This document shows, in pieces, positions 28,379 to 35,476 of a stretch of DNA of 35,476 nucleotides (the stretch's first letter is position 1; every line of letters begins with the position of its first letter). A model generated the notes under the pieces. That model did no database searches. It worked only from the letters and a program-made list of their open reading frames with translations, and was not told the DNA's origin. The stretch is taken from assembly GCA_903870105.1 (NCBI GenBank), contig CAIQBQ010000108.1:1-35476 (forward strand). Direction: 5' to 3'. The stretch is from an uncultured Alphaproteobacteria bacterium (GTDB lineage: Bacteria; Pseudomonadota; Alphaproteobacteria; Rickettsiales; UBA1997). A program made the position numbers and the translations under genes.

Positions 28379-29143
28379 TTAACTTTCGAACGAAGTTAGC
28401 GACTTAACGGGGAAGTGATTACGTTCCGGCTTGATCTCGGCAACATTTTTCTTTTTGCGACGACGACGACGGTCGCGCTTAACTTTACGAACCTTAGTAG
28501 AGTCAGCAACGAGTCTATGCTTGATGTGTGAATCAACTATTTCTTCAAATTCTTTTGCGTGACCAGAAAAGAAATGGTCGGCGCCGTGAATCATTTGATA
28601 AGCTACGGAAGCACCATCTCTTGCAGCAAGTTTTTCAGATAATTTTGCTGAATCTGCTTCTTTAGTGATGTCATCTTTTCCACCTTGAACTATTAGGCCG
28701 GAAGATGTGCAGGGCACGATAAAATTAAAATCGTATTTTGTAGCTGGCGGAGCGGCAAGAATGTAATTTTCAAATTCTGGTCTACGCATTACAAGCTGTA
28801 GGGCGATCCATGAGCCAAAGGAAAAGCCGCCAATCCAATATTCAGTAGCTTCCATATTTTGATCGTGAAGCCAATTTGTAGCGGCTGTAGCGTCTAGAAG
28901 CTCACCAAGTCCATTGTCAAACTTTCCTTCTGATCTGCCGACGCCACGAAAATTTATGCGCAAAACAGAGAATCCGTTAGAGACGAAAGCTTTGTAAATA
29001 TTGTAAGTAATTTTGTTATTCATGGTGCCGCCATGAAGTGGGTGAGGGTGAAGCACCAAAGCTACGGGAGCTTTAGGATTAATGTTTTGATGATAACGCC
29101 CTTCAATTCTTCCAGCGGGGCCACTAATGATTACTTCAGGCAT
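28379..29143 (-). CDS. alpha/beta hydrolase
   Basis: GPAGRIEGRY, HPHPLHGGTMNN, NFRGVGRS, GFSFG nucleophile elbow and GADHFF. Confidence 0.93.
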   Translation of the reverse strand: MPEVIISGPAGRIEGRYHQNINPKAPVALVLHPHPLHGGTMNNKITYNIYKAFVSNGFSVLRINFRGVGRSEGKFDNGLGELLDATAATNWLHDQNMEATEYWIGGFSFGSWIALQLVMRRPEFENYILAAPPATKYDFNFIVPCTSSGLIVQGGKDDITKEADSAKLSEKLAARDGASVAYQMIHGADHFFSGHAKEFEEIVDSHIKHRLVADSTKVRKVKRDRRRRRKKKNVAEIKPERNHFPVKSLTSFES

Positions 29144-29340
29144 TAGTTAGTTTTGTCCCATTGAACTGGTTTTTGTTCCCCATCTACAACCAACTGGTTT
29201 GAACCGGCATATTTTGCCGCCATGTATTTGCCGTGTCCGGCATGAACTCCGTAGTAATAAACTGGCTCGATTTCCTTGTCGTTAAATTTTCTTTTGGCGA
29301 CGTTCTTAACGCGATTCTTCGGATTGTTCTTAGTACCCAT
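29143..29340 (-). CDS. small basic hypothetical protein (65 aa)
   Basis: ATG start, and its stop overlaps the hydrolase start (TAATG). Confidence 0.7.
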   Translation of the reverse strand: MGTKNNPKNRVKNVAKRKFNDKEIEPVYYYGVHAGHGKYMAAKYAGSNQLVVDGEQKPVQWDKTN

Positions 29341-29423
29341 TGCTTTAGCGAGATTTTTTAAGTTGGAAAAAAATGAAGGGCCGGCAAAGTAGGAATCAAT
29401 CCTCCAAAATCAAGTTTTAAAAA

Positions 29424-30614
29424 ATGCCTAAATTCAACCGTTTAAAAGATTGCGTTGTTACCAATAAAAACGTGATCATTCGCGTAGATATCAATGTTCC
29501 GATGAGTAACGGAAAAATTGATGATGACACTCGAATTAAAGCCGTAATTCCGACGCTTAAATATCTCGCTGAAAATAAAGCAAAAGTGATCGTGATTTCA
29601 CATTTTGGTCGTCCAGAAGGAATGGTAGATCCTTCAATGTCAATCAAACCTTTAGTTGCTCACGTTCAGGAATTGCTTGGCTCAATCAAGGTTAGTTTTG
29701 TTGATGATTGTATTGGCGAGAAAGTAATAAAAGCTGTTGAAGCCATGAATTACGGAGAGGTAATCATGTTGGAAAATCTACGTTTCTACAAACAAGAAAC
29801 CAAAAACGATCCAGAATTTTCGCGTAAATTAGCAAGTCTTGGAAATCTCTACGTGAATGACGCATTTTCTTGTTCACACCGCGCCCACGCTTCGATCACT
29901 GGTATTCCGGCGATCTTAAAATCAGCTGCTGGATTTTTGATGGAAGAAGAATTAGACGGCCTGACTAATCATTTAGAAAACGCCAAAAAACCGATGATGG
30001 CCGTTGTTGGTGGAGCAAAAGTTTCAACAAAATTAGATTTGCTAAACTCACTCTCAAAAAAAGCGCAAACCATTGTGGTTGGTGGTGGTATGGCCAATAC
30101 ATTTCTTTACGCTTTGGGAAAAAATATTGGAAAATCTTTGTGTGAAAAAGATCTAAAAGAAACAGCCTTAGAAATTCTGAAAAATGTGCGAGTTCTTCTT
30201 CCGATCGATGTTGTTGTTGCAAAAAAATTCCAACAAAATGCGCCGTGCCGAACTGTTTTGGTTGATGAAGTTGCCGATGACGACATGATTCTCGACATCG
30301 GCGCGGCAAGCAGCGCCAAGATTGCCGAGGAGCTAGCGAAGCATCAAACTTTAGTTTGGAATGGGCCACTTGGCGCTTTCGAAATTAAACCTTTTAACAT
30401 CGGAACTGAAAGTTTTGCACGCACTGCCGCAGATCTTACCGAAGCTGGAAAATTAATTTCGGTTTCTGGCGGTGGAGATTCTGTTTCTGCTCTTAACTCA
30501 ATTGGTTTAGCAGAAAAATTTACTTACATCTCAACTGCTGGCGGAGCATTTCTTGAATGGTTAGAGGGTAAGGATTTGCCAGGCGTAGCGGCACTTTCTA
30601 TTCCTCGTTCATAA
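29424..30614 (+). CDS. pgk: phosphoglycerate kinase
   Basis: RVDINVP, SHFGRP, LENLRF, GGAKVSTK, WNGPLG and STAGGAFLEWLEG. Confidence 0.98.
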   Translation: MPKFNRLKDCVVTNKNVIIRVDINVPMSNGKIDDDTRIKAVIPTLKYLAENKAKVIVISHFGRPEGMVDPSMSIKPLVAHVQELLGSIKVSFVDDCIGEKVIKAVEAMNYGEVIMLENLRFYKQETKNDPEFSRKLASLGNLYVNDAFSCSHRAHASITGIPAILKSAAGFLMEEELDGLTNHLENAKKPMMAVVGGAKVSTKLDLLNSLSKKAQTIVVGGGMANTFLYALGKNIGKSLCEKDLKETALEILKNVRVLLPIDVVVAKKFQQNAPCRTVLVDEVADDDMILDIGAASSAKIAEELAKHQTLVWNGPLGAFEIKPFNIGTESFARTAADLTEAGKLISVSGGGDSVSALNSIGLAEKFTYISTAGGAFLEWLEGKDLPGVAALSIPRS

Positions 30615-30882
30615 TCAGAGTTCTTTCCTCATTGGTCTCTAAATCTTTGACCTGAATTCTTGTTCCACCCGCAATCGATTCCATGAATAAAACTTTTACG
30701 GTGCGATAATTGTCGATTTTGGAATCGTAGAATTGAATCACCAAACCTTCTCGCACCAGGTTTCCTTCGCCGATTTCAATTTCGGCTTTATTGTCGAAAT
30801 CGTATCCGGTCCAGGCTAGTGTTGGCTTAATGGTAAGAAAAAAAATTGCTGCGATAGTAAGAAGTAGTGGTGTAGTTTTCAT
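30598..30882 (-). CDS. small secreted protein (resembles the DUF5334 family)
   Basis: Signal peptide from MKTTPLLL, then AWTGYD...IEIGEGNLVREG..IQFYD. The family assignment is from recall. Confidence 0.7.
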   Translation of the reverse strand: MKTTPLLLTIAAIFFLTIKPTLAWTGYDFDNKAEIEIGEGNLVREGLVIQFYDSKIDNYRTVKVLFMESIAGGTRIQVKDLETNEERTLIMNEE

Positions 30883-30980
30883 GGTTGACTTTTGTTGGTG
30901 TTGTGAATTTGATGCGCGCCCCTTTCGCAGGGGAAGGTAGCAAGATTTTGCTACATTACTTACTTTCAAGAAATTTTATT

Positions 30981-31058
30981 CGGGGCGTAGCGCAGTCTGG
31001 CTAGCGCACCTGGTTTGGGACCAGGGGGTCGGGAGTTCGAATCTCTCCGCCCCGACCA
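30981..31058 (+). tRNA. tRNA-Pro(TGG)
   Basis: CGGGGCGTAGCGCAG...CCTGG TTTGGGA CCAGG...GTTCGAATC...CGCCCCGACCA. Confidence 0.97.
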
Positions 31059-31190
31059 AAATTTCTGCTAAGCCGATCTTTTGAGGTGAGCTTTCTCTAA
31101 AATTCTTGATCGAAGTATTTTTATGCGCCTCGCCAGGATGTTACAAATACATCGCAGCCGAGTTAGCTCAGCGAAATTTCCCTGCCCAGA

Positions 31191-31523
31191 ATGAATCTCA
31201 AAGAAGTTCACGATTACAGATTCCTTGCGACCCCTGATGACACTGCTGTTAAAGCTGACAAAAAATTCTCCAAATCAAAATTTCTAAAAAATTTTCTAAA
31301 AGAAATTTGGGCTAAGAAAGAGCCTAAGCAAAGAATGCACGAAAATATGATTAAGCAGGCTTTAAGAACTTTGCCCAAAAAAGGCGATAAGTCAGCGCTG
31401 AAGGCCATCGACATCGATTGTAATAATCTGTCAAAAAAATTTCTGATCGAAAACTTTTCTTTACAAAAAGAGTCGGTAAAAATTTCACAACAAATGAAGT
31501 TTGATTTTAGTCTGCATAATTAA
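31191..31523 (+). CDS. possible Lys-rich hypothetical protein or remnant
   Basis: 110-aa ATG ORF with no recognisable motif. Confidence 0.35.
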   Translation: MNLKEVHDYRFLATPDDTAVKADKKFSKSKFLKNFLKEIWAKKEPKQRMHENMIKQALRTLPKKGDKSALKAIDIDCNNLSKKFLIENFSLQKESVKISQQMKFDFSLHN

Positions 31524-31763
31524 ATTCAGGCGAAGAAAATCAGACTCGAAAATGCCGTCTACTTATTTTAAGAAAAACGGCTCTCACACAAAAAAAATTT
31601 TTTAAATCACGGCTAAAAATTTCGCTGAATGGGTTTTTAGTTTTTCTAAAAAACATTCTTTTTGCGATCTTTCGACCAGAAAACATAATGCTGGAAAGCA
31701 CCTGATTTCACTGGTTGCAAATGGCTTTGAGTTTCAAAAACTTCAATTTGACTTAATCTAAAA

Positions 31764-34436
31764 ATGACAGTTACAACCCCTGGGCAAAAATTCGTTTATT
31801 CTTTCGGCGACGGTAAATCTGAAGGCGACGCTTCGATGAAAAGTCTTCTTGGTGGCAAAGGCGCTAACCTTGCAGAAATGTCTAAAATGGGTTTGCCAGT
31901 TCCCCCTGGATTTACGATTACTACCGAGTTCTGCGATTTTTATTATAAGAACGACAAGAAATTTCCTGACTCTTTGAGAAAAGAAGTTGCGGTTGCGCTC
32001 GCACAAATCGAAGAAAAAATCGGTGCAAAATTTGGTGATGAAAAAAATCCCCTACTTTTTTCTGTTCGCTCCGGCGCTAGAGCTTCAATGCCTGGCATGA
32101 TGGATACAGTTTTGAATTTAGGCCTAAACGACAAAACAGTTTTGGGTTTAGCAGAAAAATCTGGCAATCGTCGTTTCGCTTTCGACTCTTACCGTCGCTT
32201 CATCCAAATGTATTCGAACGTTGTTCTTGGTTTTGATCACCACAATTTCGAAGTGATTTTGGACGAGAAAAAACATGAATTTGGCGCTTCTGCCGACACA
32301 GATTTAAGTACGGAAAATCTCGAAGAAATTGTCGCTCTTTTTAAATCTGAAGTGAAAAAAGAATTGGGTTTTGATTTTCCACAAGATGTTAATGAACAGC
32401 TCTGGGGCGCGGTTGAAGCGGTTTTTGCTTCTTGGATGAATAATCGCGCAATCGTTTACCGCCAACTAAATGACATCCCCGCCTCTTGGGGAACTGCGGT
32501 TAATGTGCAATCGATGGTTTTTGGAAATATGGGAGACGCTTCGGCAACAGGAGTGGCGTTTACTCGCAACCCCTCAACGGGCACGAAAGAACTTTACGGC
32601 GAATATTTAATCAATGCCCAAGGCGAAGATGTTGTGGCGGGAATTCGCACTCCGCAATCAATCACCAACTCAGGCAAGAAGCAGCTCAACTCCGTTCTTC
32701 CTTCAATGGAAGAAACCATGCTTGATGTGTTTTTAGAGCTCGAAAAAATTTATAAAAAACTCGAGCTGCATTATCGCGACATGCAGGATATCGAATTCAC
32801 CGTGCAAAATAAAAAGCTGTGGATGCTACAGACTCGTAACGGCAAACGTACCGCTCACGCTGCAGTAAAAATCGCTGTCGACATGGTTGAAGAAAATTTG
32901 ATCAGCAAAAAAGAAGCTTTGTTGCGCATTGATCCATCAAGTCTTGATCAACTTCTGCACCCAACTCTCGACCCAAAAGCAAAAGTTCAAGTTATTGCGA
33001 AAGGTCTTCCGGCTTCTCCAGGCGCGGCTTCTGGCATCGTTGTATTTTCTTCTGCCGAAGCAGAAAAAAAATCAGAAAATGGCGGAAAAGTTATTTTAGT
33101 TCGTGTTGAAACTAGCCCTGAAGACATCAAGGGAATGCATGTGTCGCAAGGAATTCTCACCGCTCGCGGCGGCATGACATCACACGCGGCCGTTGTGGCG
33201 CGTGGCATGGGAACGCCTTGTGTTTCTGGCGCATCTGGTCTTCACGTTGATCAAGGTGGTCAATTTTTCACCGCAGGTGGCGTTAAAGTGAAACAAGGCG
33301 ACATCATTACCATCAACGGTTCAACCGGTGATGTGATTCTTGGTTCGGTGCCAACTTTGAAGCCAAATCTTTCTGGTGATTTTGAAACAATCATGAAATG
33401 GGCTGACGAAGTTCGCGTGCTTCGAGTTCGTACAAATGCTGAAACCCCACTTGATTGCCAAGTTGCGCGCGACTTTGGTTGCGAAGGTATTGGTTTGTGC
33501 AGAACTGAGCACATGTTTTTCAGCGAAGATCGCATTATTTCTGTGCGCGAAATGATTTTGGCGGAAACGCTTGAAGGTCGTAAAAAAGCCCTTGCGAAAT
33601 TGCTGCCAATGCAGCGTAAAGACTTCGTCGAGATCTTCAAAATTATGGCCGGATTACCGGTGACGATTCGTCTTCTTGATCCTCCTCTTCATGAATTTTT
33701 GCCGCATAAAGAAAGCGAAATAGCTGAAGTTGCAAAAGCCGTTGGCGTTGATGTTGGTTACGTCAAACACCGTATCAGCCAACTTCACGAACAAAATCCA
33801 ATGCTTGGCCACCGCGGTTGTCGTCTCGGAATTTCTTATCCAGAAATCTACGAAATGCAGGCGAGAGCAATTTTTGAAGCCGCTTCAATCGTTAAGAAAG
33901 AGACCGGTAAAGACGTACTTCTAGAAATAATGGTGCCGCTAGTTGCGACTAAGAAAGAGCTGCAAATCTTAAAAGCATTAATCGTTGCAACCGAAAAATC
34001 CGTCGAACAAGAAACCGGCGCGAAGCTAAACTACATGGTTGGCACGATGATCGAGCTTCCTAGAGCAGCGCTACTCGCCGACCAAATCGCCGAAGAAGCC
34101 GAATTTTTTAGCTTTGGAACAAATGACTTAACCCAAACAACTTTCGGATTAAGCCGCGACGATTCCGCCAGCTTTCTTAGTCATTACCAAAAAGCCGGAA
34201 TTTTAGAAAAAGATCCCTTTGCCGAACTAGACCAAGAAGGGGTAGGCGCATTAATCAAAATTGCCGTCGAGAAAGGAAAGGCGACTCGCAAAGACATTAA
34301 ACTAGGAATCTGCGGCGAACACGGCGGCAACCCCGCATCAATCGAATTCTGCCACAAAGCAGGCCTGAACTACGTGAGCTGCTCACCTTACCGCGTTCCA
34401 ATTGCGAGATTGGCAGCGGCTAGAGCGGGGTTGTAA
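31764..34436 (+). CDS. ppdK: pyruvate, phosphate dikinase
   Basis: LLGGKGANLAEM, SMPGMMDTVLN, GGMTSHAAVVARG (phospho-His), CRTEHMFF, FGTNDLTQ and GICGEHGG. Confidence 0.98.
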   Translation: MTVTTPGQKFVYSFGDGKSEGDASMKSLLGGKGANLAEMSKMGLPVPPGFTITTEFCDFYYKNDKKFPDSLRKEVAVALAQIEEKIGAKFGDEKNPLLFSVRSGARASMPGMMDTVLNLGLNDKTVLGLAEKSGNRRFAFDSYRRFIQMYSNVVLGFDHHNFEVILDEKKHEFGASADTDLSTENLEEIVALFKSEVKKELGFDFPQDVNEQLWGAVEAVFASWMNNRAIVYRQLNDIPASWGTAVNVQSMVFGNMGDASATGVAFTRNPSTGTKELYGEYLINAQGEDVVAGIRTPQSITNSGKKQLNSVLPSMEETMLDVFLELEKIYKKLELHYRDMQDIEFTVQNKKLWMLQTRNGKRTAHAAVKIAVDMVEENLISKKEALLRIDPSSLDQLLHPTLDPKAKVQVIAKGLPASPGAASGIVVFSSAEAEKKSENGGKVILVRVETSPEDIKGMHVSQGILTARGGMTSHAAVVARGMGTPCVSGASGLHVDQGGQFFTAGGVKVKQGDIITINGSTGDVILGSVPTLKPNLSGDFETIMKWADEVRVLRVRTNAETPLDCQVARDFGCEGIGLCRTEHMFFSEDRIISVREMILAETLEGRKKALAKLLPMQRKDFVEIFKIMAGLPVTIRLLDPPLHEFLPHKESEIAEVAKAVGVDVGYVKHRISQLHEQNPMLGHRGCRLGISYPEIYEMQARAIFEAASIVKKETGKDVLLEIMVPLVATKKELQILKALIVATEKSVEQETGAKLNYMVGTMIELPRAALLADQIAEEAEFFSFGTNDLTQTTFGLSRDDSASFLSHYQKAGILEKDPFAELDQEGVGALIKIAVEKGKATRKDIKLGICGEHGGNPASIEFCHKAGLNYVSCSPYRVPIARLAAARAGL

Positions 34437-34453
34437 CTACTTCTCCGTACTTA

Positions 34454-34996
34454 ATGAGTATTACATTAGATAAACAGCAGGCGGTAAAAGAGAATATCGA
34501 ACAAGCAATTTGGAGCGTGTTTGAAAATCAAAATTATGCAGCTTCGACAACTTTAATAGGATCAGCTTCTTCAGTGCTAAAAGATTTATTGAGCGATGGA
34601 TCTTTTAGAAAAACTACAAGCAATCTTTTTCCTGAAATTAGCGAGAGGAAAATCTATGAAGAGTTGGATAAAATCTGGAATTTCTGTAAACACGCCAAGA
34701 AAAAAAGTGAGAAGAAAATCTTGCTAGAGGAAGAAGATACTTTGATTTCGATCCTTTTGGTAATCAGGGATTATCGAACGCTATATGCCAATACAACCTT
34801 ACTTATGGGGTCTTATGAACTGTGGTTTTGCGCTAAGAATCAGAGTTTTTTTGAATGCTTCCCAGATGAGAAAAGAGTCGTAATAGTTCAAGAGTTTGGT
34901 GAATTGTATAAGGAAGAACTACTGTCTGTTCAGATTAAAAAAGGATGGATGGTTATAAAAAAGCATATTGAGAAGCGATCCCTTCCCGCTGGTTGA
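34454..34996 (+). CDS. hypothetical protein (possibly HEPN-like); stop codon lies inside the repeat
   Basis: 180-aa ORF with a WNFCKHA motif. The TGA at 34994-34996 is inside the repeat's left arm. Confidence 0.65.
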   Translation: MSITLDKQQAVKENIEQAIWSVFENQNYAASTTLIGSASSVLKDLLSDGSFRKTTSNLFPEISERKIYEELDKIWNFCKHAKKKSEKKILLEEEDTLISILLVIRDYRTLYANTTLLMGSYELWFCAKNQSFFECFPDEKRVVIVQEFGELYKEELLSVQIKKGWMVIKKHIEKRSLPAG

Positions 34997-35100
34997 GCGA
35001 AGTCGAAACCAAGGGGAGGGCCTCGGGGGTTTCTTATCCTTGGTTTCGACTTCGCTCAACCAGCGGATAAGAAAGAAAACCGGCGGATAAGAAAGTTAAG
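34976..35100. repeat. palindromic repeat unit 1 (REPIN-like)
   Basis: Perfect 29-bp inverted arms at 34986-35014 and 35038-35066 with a 23-nt spacer. Confidence 0.95.
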
Positions 35101-35140
35101 CAGTGGATAAGAAAGTTTCGCTACGGATAAGAAATTTTAA
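35061..35140 (+). repeat. 4 x 20-bp tandem repeat with GGATAAGAAA core
   Basis: cagcGGATAAGAAAgaaaac / cggcGGATAAGAAAgttaag / cagtGGATAAGAAAgtttcg / ctacGGATAAGAAAttttaa. Confidence 0.92.
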
Positions 35141-35235
35141 TATCGCAGCTAGATACAAATTTACCAACTAACCCAAGCTATTGCAGGAACCCCGTCTTGA
35201 ATTAATCCAGCGACAATTACACTAATTACAAAACT

Positions 35236-35360
35236 CGATCCCTTCCCGCTGGTTGAGCGGAGTCGAAACCAAGGGGAGGGCCTCGGGGGTTTCTTATCCT
35301 TGGTTTCGACTTCGCTCAACCAGCGGATAAGAAAGACAACCAGCGGATAAGAAAGTTAAG
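35236..35360. repeat. palindromic repeat unit 2
   Basis: Direct copy of 34976-35100 at +260 bp, with 3 mismatches in 125 bp. Confidence 0.95.
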
Positions 35361-35373
35361 TCACAGAGCTCGA

Positions 35374-35410
35374 CTTGGTTTCGACTTCGCTCAACCGGCG
35401 GATAAGAAAG
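35374..35410. repeat. lone right arm of the palindromic repeat
   Basis: CTTGGTTTCGACTTCGCTCAACCGGCGGATAAGAAAG. Confidence 0.92.
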
Positions 35411-35441
35411 TAAACATCACACCAATCAAACCCACACTCAC

Positions 35442-35476
35442 ATGCCACACATGTATATTCTCGAATGTGCAGACAA
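35442..35476 (+). CDS. probable small GIY-YIG nuclease (UPF0213/YhbQ-like), 5' fragment only
   Basis: Translates as MPHMYILECAD, matching the (V/M)YILxCxD..YxG start typical of standalone GIY-YIG proteins. Only 11 codons are visible. Confidence 0.65.
   Translation, partial: MPHMYILECAD

Noticed and set aside
30883-30969. N-terminal extension of the 30598 ORF, and the hairpin CCCCT-TTCGC-AGGGG as a riboswitch
   Set aside because: The signal peptide begins at 30882, and the short hairpin matches no riboswitch I recognise.
34986-35066. Simple intrinsic terminator
   Set aside because: The 29-bp stem lacks a clean U-tract, the unit is duplicated, and a copy sits inside a coding sequence.
34976-35410. 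CRISPR array
   Set aside because: The arms alternate in orientation, the inner spacers are identical rather than unique, spacing is irregular, and no cas genes are visible.

Overview
AT-rich, gene-dense alphaproteobacterial core-genome window. The gene set suggests a Rickettsiales-like lineage that kept biosynthetic genes (inference). It carries trpS (partial), rnpB, mutM, queH, an asparaginase, mtaB, nusB-lysA-rimM, HU, fau-zapA, argJ-trpA-trpB, mraZ-rsmH-ftsL, an APC permease, mscS, icd, two tandem GT-C-like membrane paralogs plus lnt and an XRE regulator, pgk, ppdK and four tRNAs (Gly, Asp, Val, Pro). The most striking structure is at the right end. A REP/REPIN-like palindrome cluster (two near-identical 125-bp units with 29-bp inverted arms, 20-bp GGATAAGAAA tandems, and a lone third arm) sits directly upstream of an ORF starting MPHMYILECAD, which looks like a small GIY-YIG nuclease and is cut by the window edge. 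A copy of the same element is inserted in frame inside mtaB about 29.5 kb away. This suggests a mobile palindromic-repeat system associated with a GIY-YIG nuclease rather than a RAYT transposase. The nuclease call rests on only 11 codons.
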